Shown: positions 48,500 through 57,944 of the stretch, piece by piece
Position numbering within the stretch: the first letter of the stretch is position 1
Layout of the letters: every line of letters starts with the position of its first letter
Virus record (IMG/VR): IMGVR_UViG_2728368913_000005
Span: 7,319-71,318 of that record
Reading direction: 5' to 3' (one strand)
DNA from: a virus
Lineage: Duplodnaviria > Caudoviricetes
Length of the DNA: 64,000 nt
Program-made: the position numbers and the translations under genes
Notes under the pieces: generated by a model
Databases searched by the model: none
What the model saw: only the letters and a program-made list of their open reading frames with translations
Told to the model about the DNA's origin: nothing

Positions 48500-48677
48500 T
48501 TTAAATATCCCTTTAGATGGCCTGACCAGAAAACACGGGTCTATTTCCCATCTAAGAGGATGGACAACCTAAGCAGCGAAACGACCGGTTCGGTCTGACC
48601 AATGGTTGGAAACCTGCGTTCTAGGCCAATCTTTTCATTTACCTTAGATTAGCCGCTTGTGCGGCAAGGACGAAGTC

Positions 48678-48908
48678 ATGCCCGAAAGAATTCCTTGCTC
48701 GGAGTACGACGTAACGAAAGATCGCTGCAGAAGCGGCTTTCCTATGCTGCATTCCATATGTCGAGGCATGCCCAGCGGATGCCACTCATGTGGCGTGCCA
48801 GGAACCATGCCCATGTGTCTGCGTGAAGACCTTCCCCCTCACTTGATGCGCGATGACGGCATGCCGCTCGGCTGGCCTAACAATAGCCCCAGCCCTACCG
48901 CACCATGA
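48678..48908 (+). CDS. Small Cys-rich hypothetical protein
   Basis: Same start cassette as the gene at 47131. Confidence 0.6.
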   Translation: MPERIPCSEYDVTKDRCRSGFPMLHSICRGMPSGCHSCGVPGTMPMCLREDLPPHLMRDDGMPLGWPNNSPSPTAP

Positions 48909-49107
48909 AAATCAGCTCTCCCCTGTCAGTCATCGCCATGCCGTACTTGAGCCTGCCCAGGTACTGCTCGTGCATTGAGTAGACCCGGTCATCGATGATT
49001 CTGAAAATCATCGTTGTCTCAGACCAGATATTGCCGTCCACCGCCCGCCTGCCGAGCCTGGCATTGCGTGGGCCGTAAACCTCATCCGCCGTTGTGGTGC
49101 ATTCCAT
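48895..49107 (-). CDS. Small antisense hypothetical protein
   Basis: AAGGAGAGG RBS. Confidence 0.68.
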   Translation of the reverse strand: MECTTTADEVYGPRNARLGRRAVDGNIWSETTMIFRIIDDRVYSMHEQYLGRLKYGMAMTDRGELIFMVR

Positions 49108-49229
49108 GACCTCTCCTTGGTGCTGCCCCAGCTCCTGCTGGCTGCGTGGACCATAGCAGTGATCGGTAGCACCTGCCGGATATCCCCTTCCCTAAGAGCC
49201 TGCCGATGATCGGCGGGCGAGGACTACAC

Positions 49230-49436
49230 ATGCCTACCAAGCAAATGGCCTACATCATCCCTGCTGCGATCAAGTGCCCGAAGTGCGATTACCAGGGGCA
49301 CGGCCAGCTCATTACGACCCGCGCGGTTTACTGCCCTCAATGCTTCGACGACTTCATCAGTCAGCACGTACCCGTACTGGTGCCAGACCCAGATGGCAAA
49401 CGGTTCGACCCCAACAGCTTCATCGTCAAGCTGTAA
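49230..49436 (+). CDS. Small zinc-ribbon protein
   Basis: CPKC...CPQC; GAGGA RBS. Confidence 0.68.
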   Translation: MPTKQMAYIIPAAIKCPKCDYQGHGQLITTRAVYCPQCFDDFISQHVPVLVPDPDGKRFDPNSFIVKL

Positions 49437-49516
49437 CCCCTTATGCCGCCCAGCGCGGCCCACACTCATTTCAATATCTAACCATGGCGGTCCTGAGCGG
49501 GCTGCAGGAGCTACTG

Positions 49517-49732
49517 ATGGACGAAATTCACTTTCTGTCGCACGAAGAGGTATGCACTCTAACCGGTGCCAAAACGAAAGCCGGGCAAATAACCGTGCTA
49601 AAGCGAAACGGGATTCGGCACACGATCAAAAGAAGTGGCTGGCCATGTGTGATCGCATCGGCGCTGACTGGCGAAGCCGTGAGCACCACGACTACAGGCA
49701 AACCTAAATGGCAGCCACGGCTGGTGGGATAA
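49517..49732 (+). CDS. xis: Excisionase-like (DUF4224)
   Basis: FLSHEEVCTLTG...Q...LKRNGI...GWPCV; abuts int. Confidence 0.8.
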   Translation: MDEIHFLSHEEVCTLTGAKTKAGQITVLKRNGIRHTIKRSGWPCVIASALTGEAVSTTTTGKPKWQPRLVG

Positions 49733-50767
49733 ATGGGAAGAAAGCCGATTAATCCCGACAGCGTCACACGCCTCAGAAAGCGTAAACAGCGCAGCGGGGT
49801 CGTCTATTACTACTATGACATCGGAGGTTCACCGCGAAAGGAAATTCCACTGGGCTCTGACTATGGTATGGCGATCGTCGAGTACGCCAAGCTGGAGAAG
49901 AGCCGAACATCATCGGCCCTCGTCCAGCAGGTGCTTACCTTCGCGTATGTCGCGGAAAAGTACATGGCTGAGGTCGTGCCCACCAAAAGCCCGGCAACAC
50001 AGAAAGACAATGCCAGGGAGCTGAAGCAACTTCTGAAGTTCTTCGACGATCCACCAGCACCGCTGGAAGCGATCGAACCTCAACACGTCGTGCAGTACCT
50101 GCGCCAGCGAGGCAAGACTGCCCCTGTCCGAGCCAACAGGGAGAAGGCGCTACTGAGTGCTATCTGGAATTTTGCAAGGAGCGCTGGCTACACGTCGCTG
50201 GCCAACCCGTGCGCGGGCGTCAAGGGTCACAAGGAAGTCGGGCGAGACCATTACATCGAGGACGAGATGTTTGCACTGGTTTACGGCCATGCGGAGCAAC
50301 CTCTACGCGATGCTCTGGATCTTTTCTACCTGACAGGGCAGAGGATTGCGGACACGCTGAAAATGGATGAGCGCGATATACGCGACGGCAGGCTATGGGT
50401 TCAGCAAGGCAAGACGAATGCAAAAAGGAGGATTGAAATTACAGGTGAGCTGAAGGTGGTCATTGACCGCATTATGACCAGAAAGGAAGGACACAGGATC
50501 CGCACCTCCAGGCTGATCGTTATGGATAACGGCCAGCCCATGACGAGCAGTATGTTGCGGGGAAGATTTGACGCGGCACGCGAGGCGGCCGGTGTGGAGA
50601 AGGGAGAATTTCAGATGCGAGACCTGCGAGCGAAAGCCGGCACGGACAAGGCTGAGTCGAGCGGCGATATCCTTCAAGCCCGCGATCAGCTCGGGCACAC
50701 CACCGTGGTGATGACCGAGAACTACATCCGCAAAAGAATCGGGAAAAAGGTCACTCCAACCAAGTGA
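49733..50767 (+). CDS. int: Tyrosine integrase
   Basis: TGQRIAD, QGKT, RDLRAKA, LGHT...YIR catalytic motifs. Confidence 0.95.
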   Translation: MGRKPINPDSVTRLRKRKQRSGVVYYYYDIGGSPRKEIPLGSDYGMAIVEYAKLEKSRTSSALVQQVLTFAYVAEKYMAEVVPTKSPATQKDNARELKQLLKFFDDPPAPLEAIEPQHVVQYLRQRGKTAPVRANREKALLSAIWNFARSAGYTSLANPCAGVKGHKEVGRDHYIEDEMFALVYGHAEQPLRDALDLFYLTGQRIADTLKMDERDIRDGRLWVQQGKTNAKRRIEITGELKVVIDRIMTRKEGHRIRTSRLIVMDNGQPMTSSMLRGRFDAAREAAGVEKGEFQMRDLRAKAGTDKAESSGDILQARDQLGHTTVVMTENYIRKRIGKKVTPTK

Positions 50768-50770
50768 ATT

Positions 50771-50845
50771 CTGCACCGCAATTATTTTTACCCCCTTGAA
50801 TTTAAAGAGCTGCAAGGCAGGTAACTAACGTGTCATGCGGTGCAG
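50771..50845. repeat. 10-bp inverted repeat, putative integrase arm sites
   Basis: CTGCACCGCA (50771) and TGCGGTGCAG (50836) between int and att core. Confidence 0.6.
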
Positions 50846-50884
50846 GATTATTGCTAACCATATGTTTATAAAGGATAAATTTAC

Positions 50885-50941
50885 GGACTTAAAATCCCTC
50901 GTCCTTTGGACGTGCCGGTTCGACCCCGGCTCGGGGCACCA
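50885..50941 (+). tRNA. 3' fragment of tRNA-Leu(TAA), prophage att site
   Basis: Anticodon loop CTTAAAA, long variable arm, GGTTCGA T-loop, CCA end; no D-arm or 5' acceptor strand. Confidence 0.88.
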
Positions 50942-50948
50942 CATATAT

Positions 50949-50987
50949 AAAGGGCTTACCGGGCATTTTGCCGGGTAGGCCCTTTTT
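50949..50987 (+). terminator. Intrinsic terminator after the tRNA 3' end
   Basis: AAAGGGCTTACC...GGTAGGCCCTTTTT. Confidence 0.78.
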
Positions 50988-51164
50988 GTTTTGGTTCGGA
51001 AAACCATTCGTTTATTAGACTGTCTGCCTACCACGACGGCGGTGTCGCCGCACAAAAATCCATCTGGTGAATTGTGTGCTGGATCACCAGACGCAGCTTG
51101 TCGACGCAGTGATCAAGACCTGCGCCTCTGTCGTCGATCGCCTTTATTACGTATGACTAAAGCC

Positions 51165-51521
51165 TGCTTGATGCCTCCGATTTGGAGCTGCACCGTGCCA
51201 ATCTGGAAAGCTTGCCGCTGCCGCAAAAGTCGAGAGAGATACCGGTGCTCAAAAAGTGAAAGCCAGCGCGACCGCACCACAAGCCGCTGCGGCGCCCATA
51301 CCGGTCGAACAGGCATCACCAAAGATGTCTACCGTAGCCTCTTCCCCCAAGCCGACGAAGCTTGAAGCGAATGTCACCGCTACCGATCTTCATGCGCTGG
51401 TAAAGGCCAGACTCCAATCTCGGTCCTCACCGTAAACTGGGGCGCGCTGGACGATCTGGTGCACATCCAAGGCGCTGACTCCCAAATGGACGGAGTAACC
51501 ATCACGCAGTTGGCAGCATAA
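51165..51521 (+). pseudogene. Collapsed C-terminal remnant of YqaJ exonuclease
   Basis: Nucleotide similarity to about 38130-38714 with deletions. Confidence 0.85.
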
Positions 51522-51883
51522 TCGCTACCGAACTGAGTACCATCCAAGCCAATCGCGCAAAGTCAAAGTCATCCGAGCTGTCCGAGGCGTTAAACGAGTT
51601 CCAGCGCAGCGGTGGAACGGTGCGCGACCTTGGGTCGTTTCAGGTCGCGCCCCGCCCACCGCGTAAAGAGTCACCACCCCGCAAGCCCCGCTACAACGGC
51701 GAGGATCATCGGAAGTATGTCGAGGAAGAAGCGGACCTGGCACTGCTCAAGCGCATGGAGACAATGCGCGACCTGGGCGTCAGCCACTTCAAGGCCGAAA
51801 AGCTGACCGGGATCAACCGCACCGTCATCAGGCGAATCGTTCAGAAGTACAGCCTGGACTACCCCAGCAGCAGGGCGAAATGA
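51518..51883 (+). pseudogene. Phage HTH-like gene with start codon mutated to ATA
   Basis: GCAGCATAA versus GCAGCATGA at 38711; frame otherwise open. Confidence 0.6.
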
Positions 51884-51964
51884 AGCGCCTGCAAATGCGC
51901 GTCCGCCACGGCAGGCGCCAGCATCACATTCACTTGCCGCCCAGCGGCTTACAGGAGCGGTTTA

Positions 51965-52318
51965 ATGGCGATGGATCAAGAAGAGCGATCAGCCAAGACG
52001 GCGCTGAAGCGGAAACTGGTCGCTGAGAAAGAGCTGCGCCACCGGGTTCGGCCTGGCATTGAGCAGGCCCTGAATCGGGTTCGCCAGCGCGGCAAGATGC
52101 CCATCGTCAGCGAGGTCTTGCAGATCGCGATCATGAAGATGGATTTGATGGATGATGAAGAGCTTGATGCCTTCCTGACTTATCCGCGCCACGAAATCGT
52201 GGTTAGCGAATCCGTGGCGCGGGCAATCTACGACGCGGGCATCAGGAATATCCGGAGCGCCGACCAAGACGAATCAGACGAGGTCATCTCACCGCTCGCC
52301 ATCAATTGCTGCGACTGA
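51965..52318 (+). CDS. Hypothetical phage protein
   Basis: AGGAG RBS, intact ORF. Confidence 0.7.
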   Translation: MAMDQEERSAKTALKRKLVAEKELRHRVRPGIEQALNRVRQRGKMPIVSEVLQIAIMKMDLMDDEELDAFLTYPRHEIVVSESVARAIYDAGIRNIRSADQDESDEVISPLAINCCD

Positions 52319-52508
52319 GCTGCACGTTCTGGCTGATACAATTGATGTTAGTCACCGTGCCCATGAACGCATTCATCTGCACAGAGCACTTTTCAATATT
52401 CAGGCCGTTTCTGCCATCGCTTGAGATGTTAGTCACGTAAGGCCCTGCGGTTGAACAGCCAGCCAACACGGCTACGGCGGCAAATAAAGCAAAAATCGAC
52501 TTCTTCAA
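52302..52508 (-). CDS. Small lipoprotein moron
   Basis: AGGAG RBS, TTG start, lipobox VLAGC. Confidence 0.78.
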   Translation of the reverse strand: MKKSIFALFAAVAVLAGCSTAGPYVTNISSDGRNGLNIEKCSVQMNAFMGTVTNINCISQNVQLSRSN

Positions 52509-52616
52509 AGTACAGCTCCTAGTGCCCGGCTCCATGCCGGTCACCCGTAATACCCCATTCCTAACCAACTTGCCACCACCGGACACGGAGGGCGGCGCCT
52601 ACCCGAGGTAGACGAA

Positions 52617-53619
52617 ATGCCTGTACGTCATAGCGTCATCCACAAAATCGACAAGAAGCCTGACTGCAGCCCGGCCGTTCTGTTCCTGGGCGCTGCCGAG
52701 CAGTTCGAGAGTCAGGCCCGCGATGACCTGATGAGGCAGCTCAACGAAAGCTACAACGCAACCGCCAGCAAGGGATGGGGGTTCTTCTAACCACAGTCAG
52801 GCGCTTTCCCGTTTAGCGGCTGGCTCGGCGAGTACCTATCCGGCGATATCGACTTCCTGGAATTCAGCGCCAGCGCCGTCGAGCACCTGACCAAGCTGAT
52901 GGAAGAGTCGAACCTTACCACCGGCGGGCACGCCCTCTTCTACCACTATCAGCAGGGCATGACCGACTATCTGGTTATCGCTCTGGTGCAGGAAACCGAA
53001 GCGGTGACCATGACCGAAGAGCTGGCACTGACGGCGGTGAACTGCCTCGACCTCGGACCACATCCACCTGGCCGCGCGCATCAACGTGAGCGAGTGGCAA
53101 AACAATCCTCAGTCGAAGCATTACATCTCGTACCTCAAGGGCAAGCAGGGTAGCCGGATCAATGACTACTTCCGCGACTTCATTGGCTGCCAAGAAGGCA
53201 TCGACGGCCCGGGCGAAACGCGAACGTTGCTGAAGGCGTTCAGCGACTTTGTCGAGAGCGAGGACATGGCCAACGAGGCCGCTCGCGAGAAGACCAGCAC
53301 CTTGGTCAGCTACTCCATGGCCCAAGCCAAGCTGGGTGAGCCCATTACCCTTGACGAATTGTCGGGCCTGATCGACGAAAACCGGCCGAAGAATTTCTAC
53401 GATTTCATCAAGGCGAAGGACTACGGACTTTCTGAATCCCTGCCGCCGGATAAGAAGACCCTTAACAAATTCCGGCGATTCACCGGCCGGGCCGAGGGCA
53501 TGTCGATCAGCTTCGAAGCTCATCTGCTGGGCGACAAGATCGAGTTCGAGGCCGGTGGAACGCTGACGCTGCGCAACCTTCCTACCCAGCTCACTAACCA
53601 GCTTAAGCAATCAGCCTAA
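52617..53619 (+). pseudogene. yejK: Phage nucleoid-associated protein YejK/NdpA pseudogene
   Basis: MPVRHSVIHKIDKKPD start; TAA at about 52788; frameshift near 53060; YFRDFIGC motif. Confidence 0.87.
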
Positions 53620-53739
53620 CCCAACCTTCACCTATTGAGCTGAATGCCCCTCCAGGCGGGCGCGGTATCTGAGGACCGGAGCCACAAAATTGCGATATTC
53701 ACGAATGTGGCTCGGCAGCATGAAATTTCCTATCAGTTA

Positions 53740-54033
53740 TCAGCCTTCAGGTGGGAGCATGATGGCCTTGATTGAGGCTAGCCAGTTGGTCTTGATGTAC
53801 TCCTTTAAGTCCGACCACTCATCCTCGTCGAGTTCCTCAATTTTAAAATCCATAGAGCCATCGTTATCACGAGCCCGCCCTAAAAGATCCCATTTGGCAT
53901 CGTATGACTTGCCATTGGGTAGCGGGACATGCCCAACTATCGCATCAGGGCTACCCAGATCGACACCTGTAATGACGCCTTCGGTACCGTTTTTGGTGCG
54001 GATATCAATCGGATGAATTTTGATTACAGGCAT
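53740..54033 (-). CDS. Hypothetical antisense moron
   Basis: GAGGGA RBS; MPVIKIHPIDIR. Confidence 0.68.
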   Translation of the reverse strand: MPVIKIHPIDIRTKNGTEGVITGVDLGSPDAIVGHVPLPNGKSYDAKWDLLGRARDNDGSMDFKIEELDEDEWSDLKEYIKTNWLASIKAIMLPPEG

Positions 54034-54135
54034 GCGGAATTCCCTCTCGTCTATGTTCCCGTAGTAGATACCCCATCCCCACCCAATTTGCCACTCACCG
54101 AGATATCGGGGATGGCGCCTGCAATGGAGATTGCC

Positions 54136-54713
54136 ATGATCGAAGCCACCGAGAGGCAGCTCGGCGCTCTGGCACACACTCGGGCTGCGCCCGGAGTACA
54201 GAGACAGTCGCACGGTATATCGAAATCTTTTACTGGCGGGCCTTGGCCACGACGACACGACAGACTTGGAAACTTTGGTGACGCTGGGGCTGATGGGAAG
54301 TCGCGAGCCCCCGGCGTTTTGCGATCAGAGCGAAATTCTCTACTTCGCGACCGAAGAGGGCGAACGATTCGCCATTGCCAAAATGCCGCCTGCGCCACCT
54401 GCACCTAAGCGCACGAATTTTGACGCCTACCTGGATGAGAGCGAGTGCTACGACAACTTTGCCCACTTCTTGGGCATCAGGATGCCTCGATCTCATGAGC
54501 GCGGCGAACGCTGCAAGCGCGAATATCGCATGGTTCGCTACCGGCGAAACGTAGGCCGCTTTCATAGCCCCGAATACTTGCTGCTTTGCGAGCCAGTTGA
54601 TGTTGCCGGTGAGTAGTGCTTGGACAGAAAGGATGCGAAGGCCAGTTACAAGGCCGCGCTTAAGGCGGCCCCTCGCCGACGCCGACGAGAGTGCGACGAA
54701 GGTTTTTGAATAA
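54136..54713 (+). pseudogene. Phage hypothetical gene, frameshifted with premature stop
   Basis: GGAG RBS start out of frame with 54266..54616; TAG at 54614. Confidence 0.6.
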
Positions 54714-54770
54714 CCCACCCTCGCCTATTGCACTGAACAGATAGTCATCTCTGCGGAGAGGGCACCGGGT

Positions 54771-55046
54771 TTATTCGGTCTTCTTTAGGGATATTCCAAG
54801 CACCCCCGTTGCGATCGCCCCTAGTAGCGCACTTACAGTCGACTCAGCAATTATCTTTTCCATGCCCATGATAAATATTGCAGCCACCAAGATAAAAAGC
54901 GCGAACGTCTTTAAAAGAACATCTGGCGGCGTTATGTATTTCACTTCTCCAGTAGTGACCCTATTCATGAAAATCAAGAAGACCCACATGATTGCCAGAA
55001 TCGCGAAGGGAAACACTAAGAATGCTATGTACAGATTATTTTCCAT
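54771..55046 (-). CDS. Small multi-TM antisense moron
   Basis: GAGG RBS; three hydrophobic segments; AT-rich. Confidence 0.7.
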   Translation of the reverse strand: MENNLYIAFLVFPFAILAIMWVFLIFMNRVTTGEVKYITPPDVLLKTFALFILVAAIFIMGMEKIIAESTVSALLGAIATGVLGISLKKTE

Positions 55047-55266
55047 ATGACTACCTCACTTTATAGACATGACAGCTTTCGGCATTGGATCCATTTTCTT
55101 TAGTAGATAGCTTATAGACGCGCGGGAGCTGCTCAGGGGCGTAGGTCTGTCTCTGGTTCTCCTGCTAGAGCCTAGAGTTGATCAGACAGCTAGATTTTTG
55201 CGTAACGAGCCGTACGCATGACCCCCTCCTCACTTCCGCGACTCACGCCACCCTTTGGAATCGCTT

Positions 55267-56378
55267 ATGAGCCAGCTCCATCAGATACTGGTAGGCGACT
55301 GCATCGACATGATGCGCACGCTGCCAGATGAAAGCGTGCATACGTGCGTGACCAGCCCGCCCTACTACGGTCTGCGTGACTACGGCGTAGAAGGCCAGAT
55401 CGGCCTTGAGGAAACCCCGGCCGAGTTCGTCGCCCGCTTGGTCGACGTGTTCCGGCCAAGTGCGCAGGGTGCTGCGCGCTGACGGCACGATCTGGGTGAA
55501 CATGGGCGATAGCTACGCATCAGTCGCCGGCGGCTACGCTGAAGGGGGTTCTGCCGGCAAACACGACGTGGTGTCGGTAGCAACTTGCAGGGCCGTGCGT
55601 AGAGGTCATCGGCGCACTCCGCCGGACGAATTTAAGGCAAAGGACCTGATGGGCATGCCCTGGCGCTTGGCATTCGCCCTGCAGGACGACGGCTGGTATC
55701 TGCGGCAGGACATCATCTGGAACAAACCGAACCCGATGCCTGAGAGCGTGCGGGACCTGTGCACCAAATCGCATGAGCACATCTTCCTGCTGAGCAAATC
55801 GAAGAAGTACTACTTCGACCAGACGGCCATTCTGGAACATTGCTCCCCGAACACCCATGCCCGTCTGTCTCAGGACGTTCAAGCGCAGATCGGCAGCGAA
55901 CGCGCCAACGGCGGAGCCAAGAGCAACGGCAACATGAAGGCGACTGCGCGGAAGTCAAACGGTGTGGGTTGGGGTCACGGCACAGACGCCGACGTCCGCA
56001 AGCGCGGCAGGGTCAAAGACAACGAGTCAATGAACTCAGCCTTGGCGATCATGCCAACCGAGCGGAACAAGCGCAGCGTTTGGACTGTGGCCACACACAG
56101 CTTCAAGGGCGCCCACTTCGCCACCTTCCCGCCCGACCTGATCAGGCCCTGCATCCTAGCCGGTGCGCCGCGCTGTGGTGTGGTGTGGTGTGGTGCTGGA
56201 CCCATTCGGCGGTGCGGGCACCACGCCGCTGGTTTCGATGCAGGAAGGTCGCCGGTCGATCATCTGCGAACTGAACCCAGAGTATGCGGCTCTGGCCCGC
56301 GCCCGGATCGACGCGGCCTGGATGGACGGCGCGGCGCAGATGGACGTATTTCGCGATTCAGCACCACACCGCGGTTAG
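55267..56378 (+). pseudogene. N4/N6 DNA methyltransferase pseudogene
   Basis: Near-identical 5' end to the 41742 copy; frameshifts at about 55455 and at the TGTGG repeat 56174-56195. Confidence 0.9.
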
Positions 56379-56626
56379 TAACCAGGCTTTACCTCTTTCT
56401 GAAAACTGGCGGCCGGTTCAAGCGGGAAAGGCCTATAGGAGGCAAGATTTTCGTTAAGGAATTTGGCGATGTCTCGGGCTTTGTTCATGTCTGTGCCGGG
56501 CTTCAGATCAAATGCTGGCGGATCTTTTTGAAGCCCTGGTATATCGTCGTGAAATTCCATATTTAAATATGGCACTCCATCAACAGATTCTTTGATGGTG
56601 AAAACTATCCGAGTCTTGTGGCTCAT
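56375..56626 (-). CDS. Small antisense moron
   Basis: GGAG RBS; MSHKTRIVFTIKES. Confidence 0.7.
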   Translation of the reverse strand: MSHKTRIVFTIKESVDGVPYLNMEFHDDIPGLQKDPPAFDLKPGTDMNKARDIAKFLNENLASYRPFPLEPAASFQKEVKPGY

Positions 56627-56715
56627 CGCAATCTCCAGTCTCCGACTCCATGTCGGGCACCACACCAATACCTCACTTCAACGACCTACGCCAGCCCAAA
56701 AGCGTTGACGCATCA

Positions 56716-56827
56716 CTGGATTGGCGAGGACGTGCAGCGCGAAGAGATCGCGCAAGAGTTCAAGTCAGTGCTTGAAGCGAACGTCAGCGATGCCGCTAAA
56801 CTGGCGCTAGGTAGCTTCTCGGCCTGA
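56716..56827 (+). pseudogene. C-terminal stub of YfdQ/DUF2303
   Basis: WIGEDVQREEIAQEFKSVLEA matches the end of 40172..40987. Confidence 0.85.
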
Positions 56828-57073
56828 TTATTGGTGCCCCGAGCCACTAAATCCCAAAGTTAGAAATCGTGGCGCTGGAGTTTTACCGGAAGAGCATGTC
56901 CAGTGAAAGAGCAGGCAGAAGTAATAAAGAGCAGGTTGATTAGGAATCAAAAGACGTGGTAAGACGCAAGCGCCGACGTTCAAGAAGACTCCTGACAAAC
57001 CCACCAAGGTAAATAGCGTCAGATTTGCCGTAACTTTGAGCATGCTCTTTTCGGGCTATAGATATCGCTGTGT

Positions 57074-57811
57074 TCAACTCTCAAACTCAAAATGATTGCG
57101 GAGGAACTGGACGGTATACGCTAGACAGCTTTTCGCTATGCTCAGAGTGAACTCCAGATTATGCGTCGTAGGCCCGGTCAACAGTCGCACGCTGTTTTCG
57201 GTGACCTCTAATGAAGAATCCAAAGATCTAAAGGTTGCATGGCTCGCTGTACTTGAAAACCCACGGTAGACCGTATCATACAACTCCATTAGGCCCGCGA
57301 CACGAGCCGCTTCTATTGCACTGAGACCGCCTTCTTTGCCGCCGCCCTTCTGGATAACATACCCTAATTGCTCGACTTGCTCGTCGGTTAATTCTAGACA
57401 AGTGCGCGAATTAATAATGGCCTCAGCCTGCTTTCGATCTGATATATCACCAGCTCGAGCTATAAGTTGGAAAACTGATGCGTCTGTTGCAAGTGCGCCA
57501 CCGTAGAAAATAACCTCTACAGCGGTCCGCAGTAACGTCTGGGCTTCAACAACAAGGCCAGCCTCACAGAGCAATATCGCGGTTTGGCAGCTCCGGACTG
57601 CTCGCTGAAAGAACACTATAGAAGCAATCATGTGGATTTCGTTTCGCTTGACTCCAGCAGCAATTAAGAGCCCCTGTGCTAAATCAGAAAGATCTTCGAC
57701 GTCTGAAAATGCTTGGCCGAACTGCTGCCGATATCGCGCTTTAACATATCCGAGTGCCGGCGAAAGAAACCCCCTTGAGTTCAGGCTATCATTGATTTGC
57801 TTGTCGTCCAT
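57074..57811 (-). CDS. DUF5677-like (HEPN-like) antisense moron
   Basis: AILLCEAGLVVEAQTLLRTAVE...YDTVYRGFSSTASHA. Confidence 0.75.
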   Translation of the reverse strand: MDDKQINDSLNSRGFLSPALGYVKARYRQQFGQAFSDVEDLSDLAQGLLIAAGVKRNEIHMIASIVFFQRAVRSCQTAILLCEAGLVVEAQTLLRTAVEVIFYGGALATDASVFQLIARAGDISDRKQAEAIINSRTCLELTDEQVEQLGYVIQKGGGKEGGLSAIEAARVAGLMELYDTVYRGFSSTASHATFRSLDSSLEVTENSVRLLTGPTTHNLEFTLSIAKSCLAYTVQFLRNHFEFES

Positions 57812-57944
57812 AAATTCCCTCGTATCTGAATTTTGCGTTGAGAATACATAACGCATAAAATATCAAAACGCCACCCCGGCGATTATAAACTATGTCCCTG
57901 GAAGGAATAGTAGGGATTCCAGTAACAATATTATTAAAACAGCT

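Larger units (their letters stand above)
1..50941. mobile_element. Lambda-like temperate prophage, left end outside the window
   Basis: Lambdoid gene order (tail-head-terminase-Q-nin-replication-cII-cro-cI-recombination-xis-int) ending at a tRNA 3' fragment. Confidence 0.97.

Noticed and set aside
50860-50941. Intact tRNA-Leu gene
   Set aside because: The 5' acceptor strand and D-arm are missing; it is an att fragment.
56828-57043. 71-aa hydrophobic ORF
   Set aside because: Weak RBS and no recognisable motif; it may be a decayed cargo gene but is not supportable.
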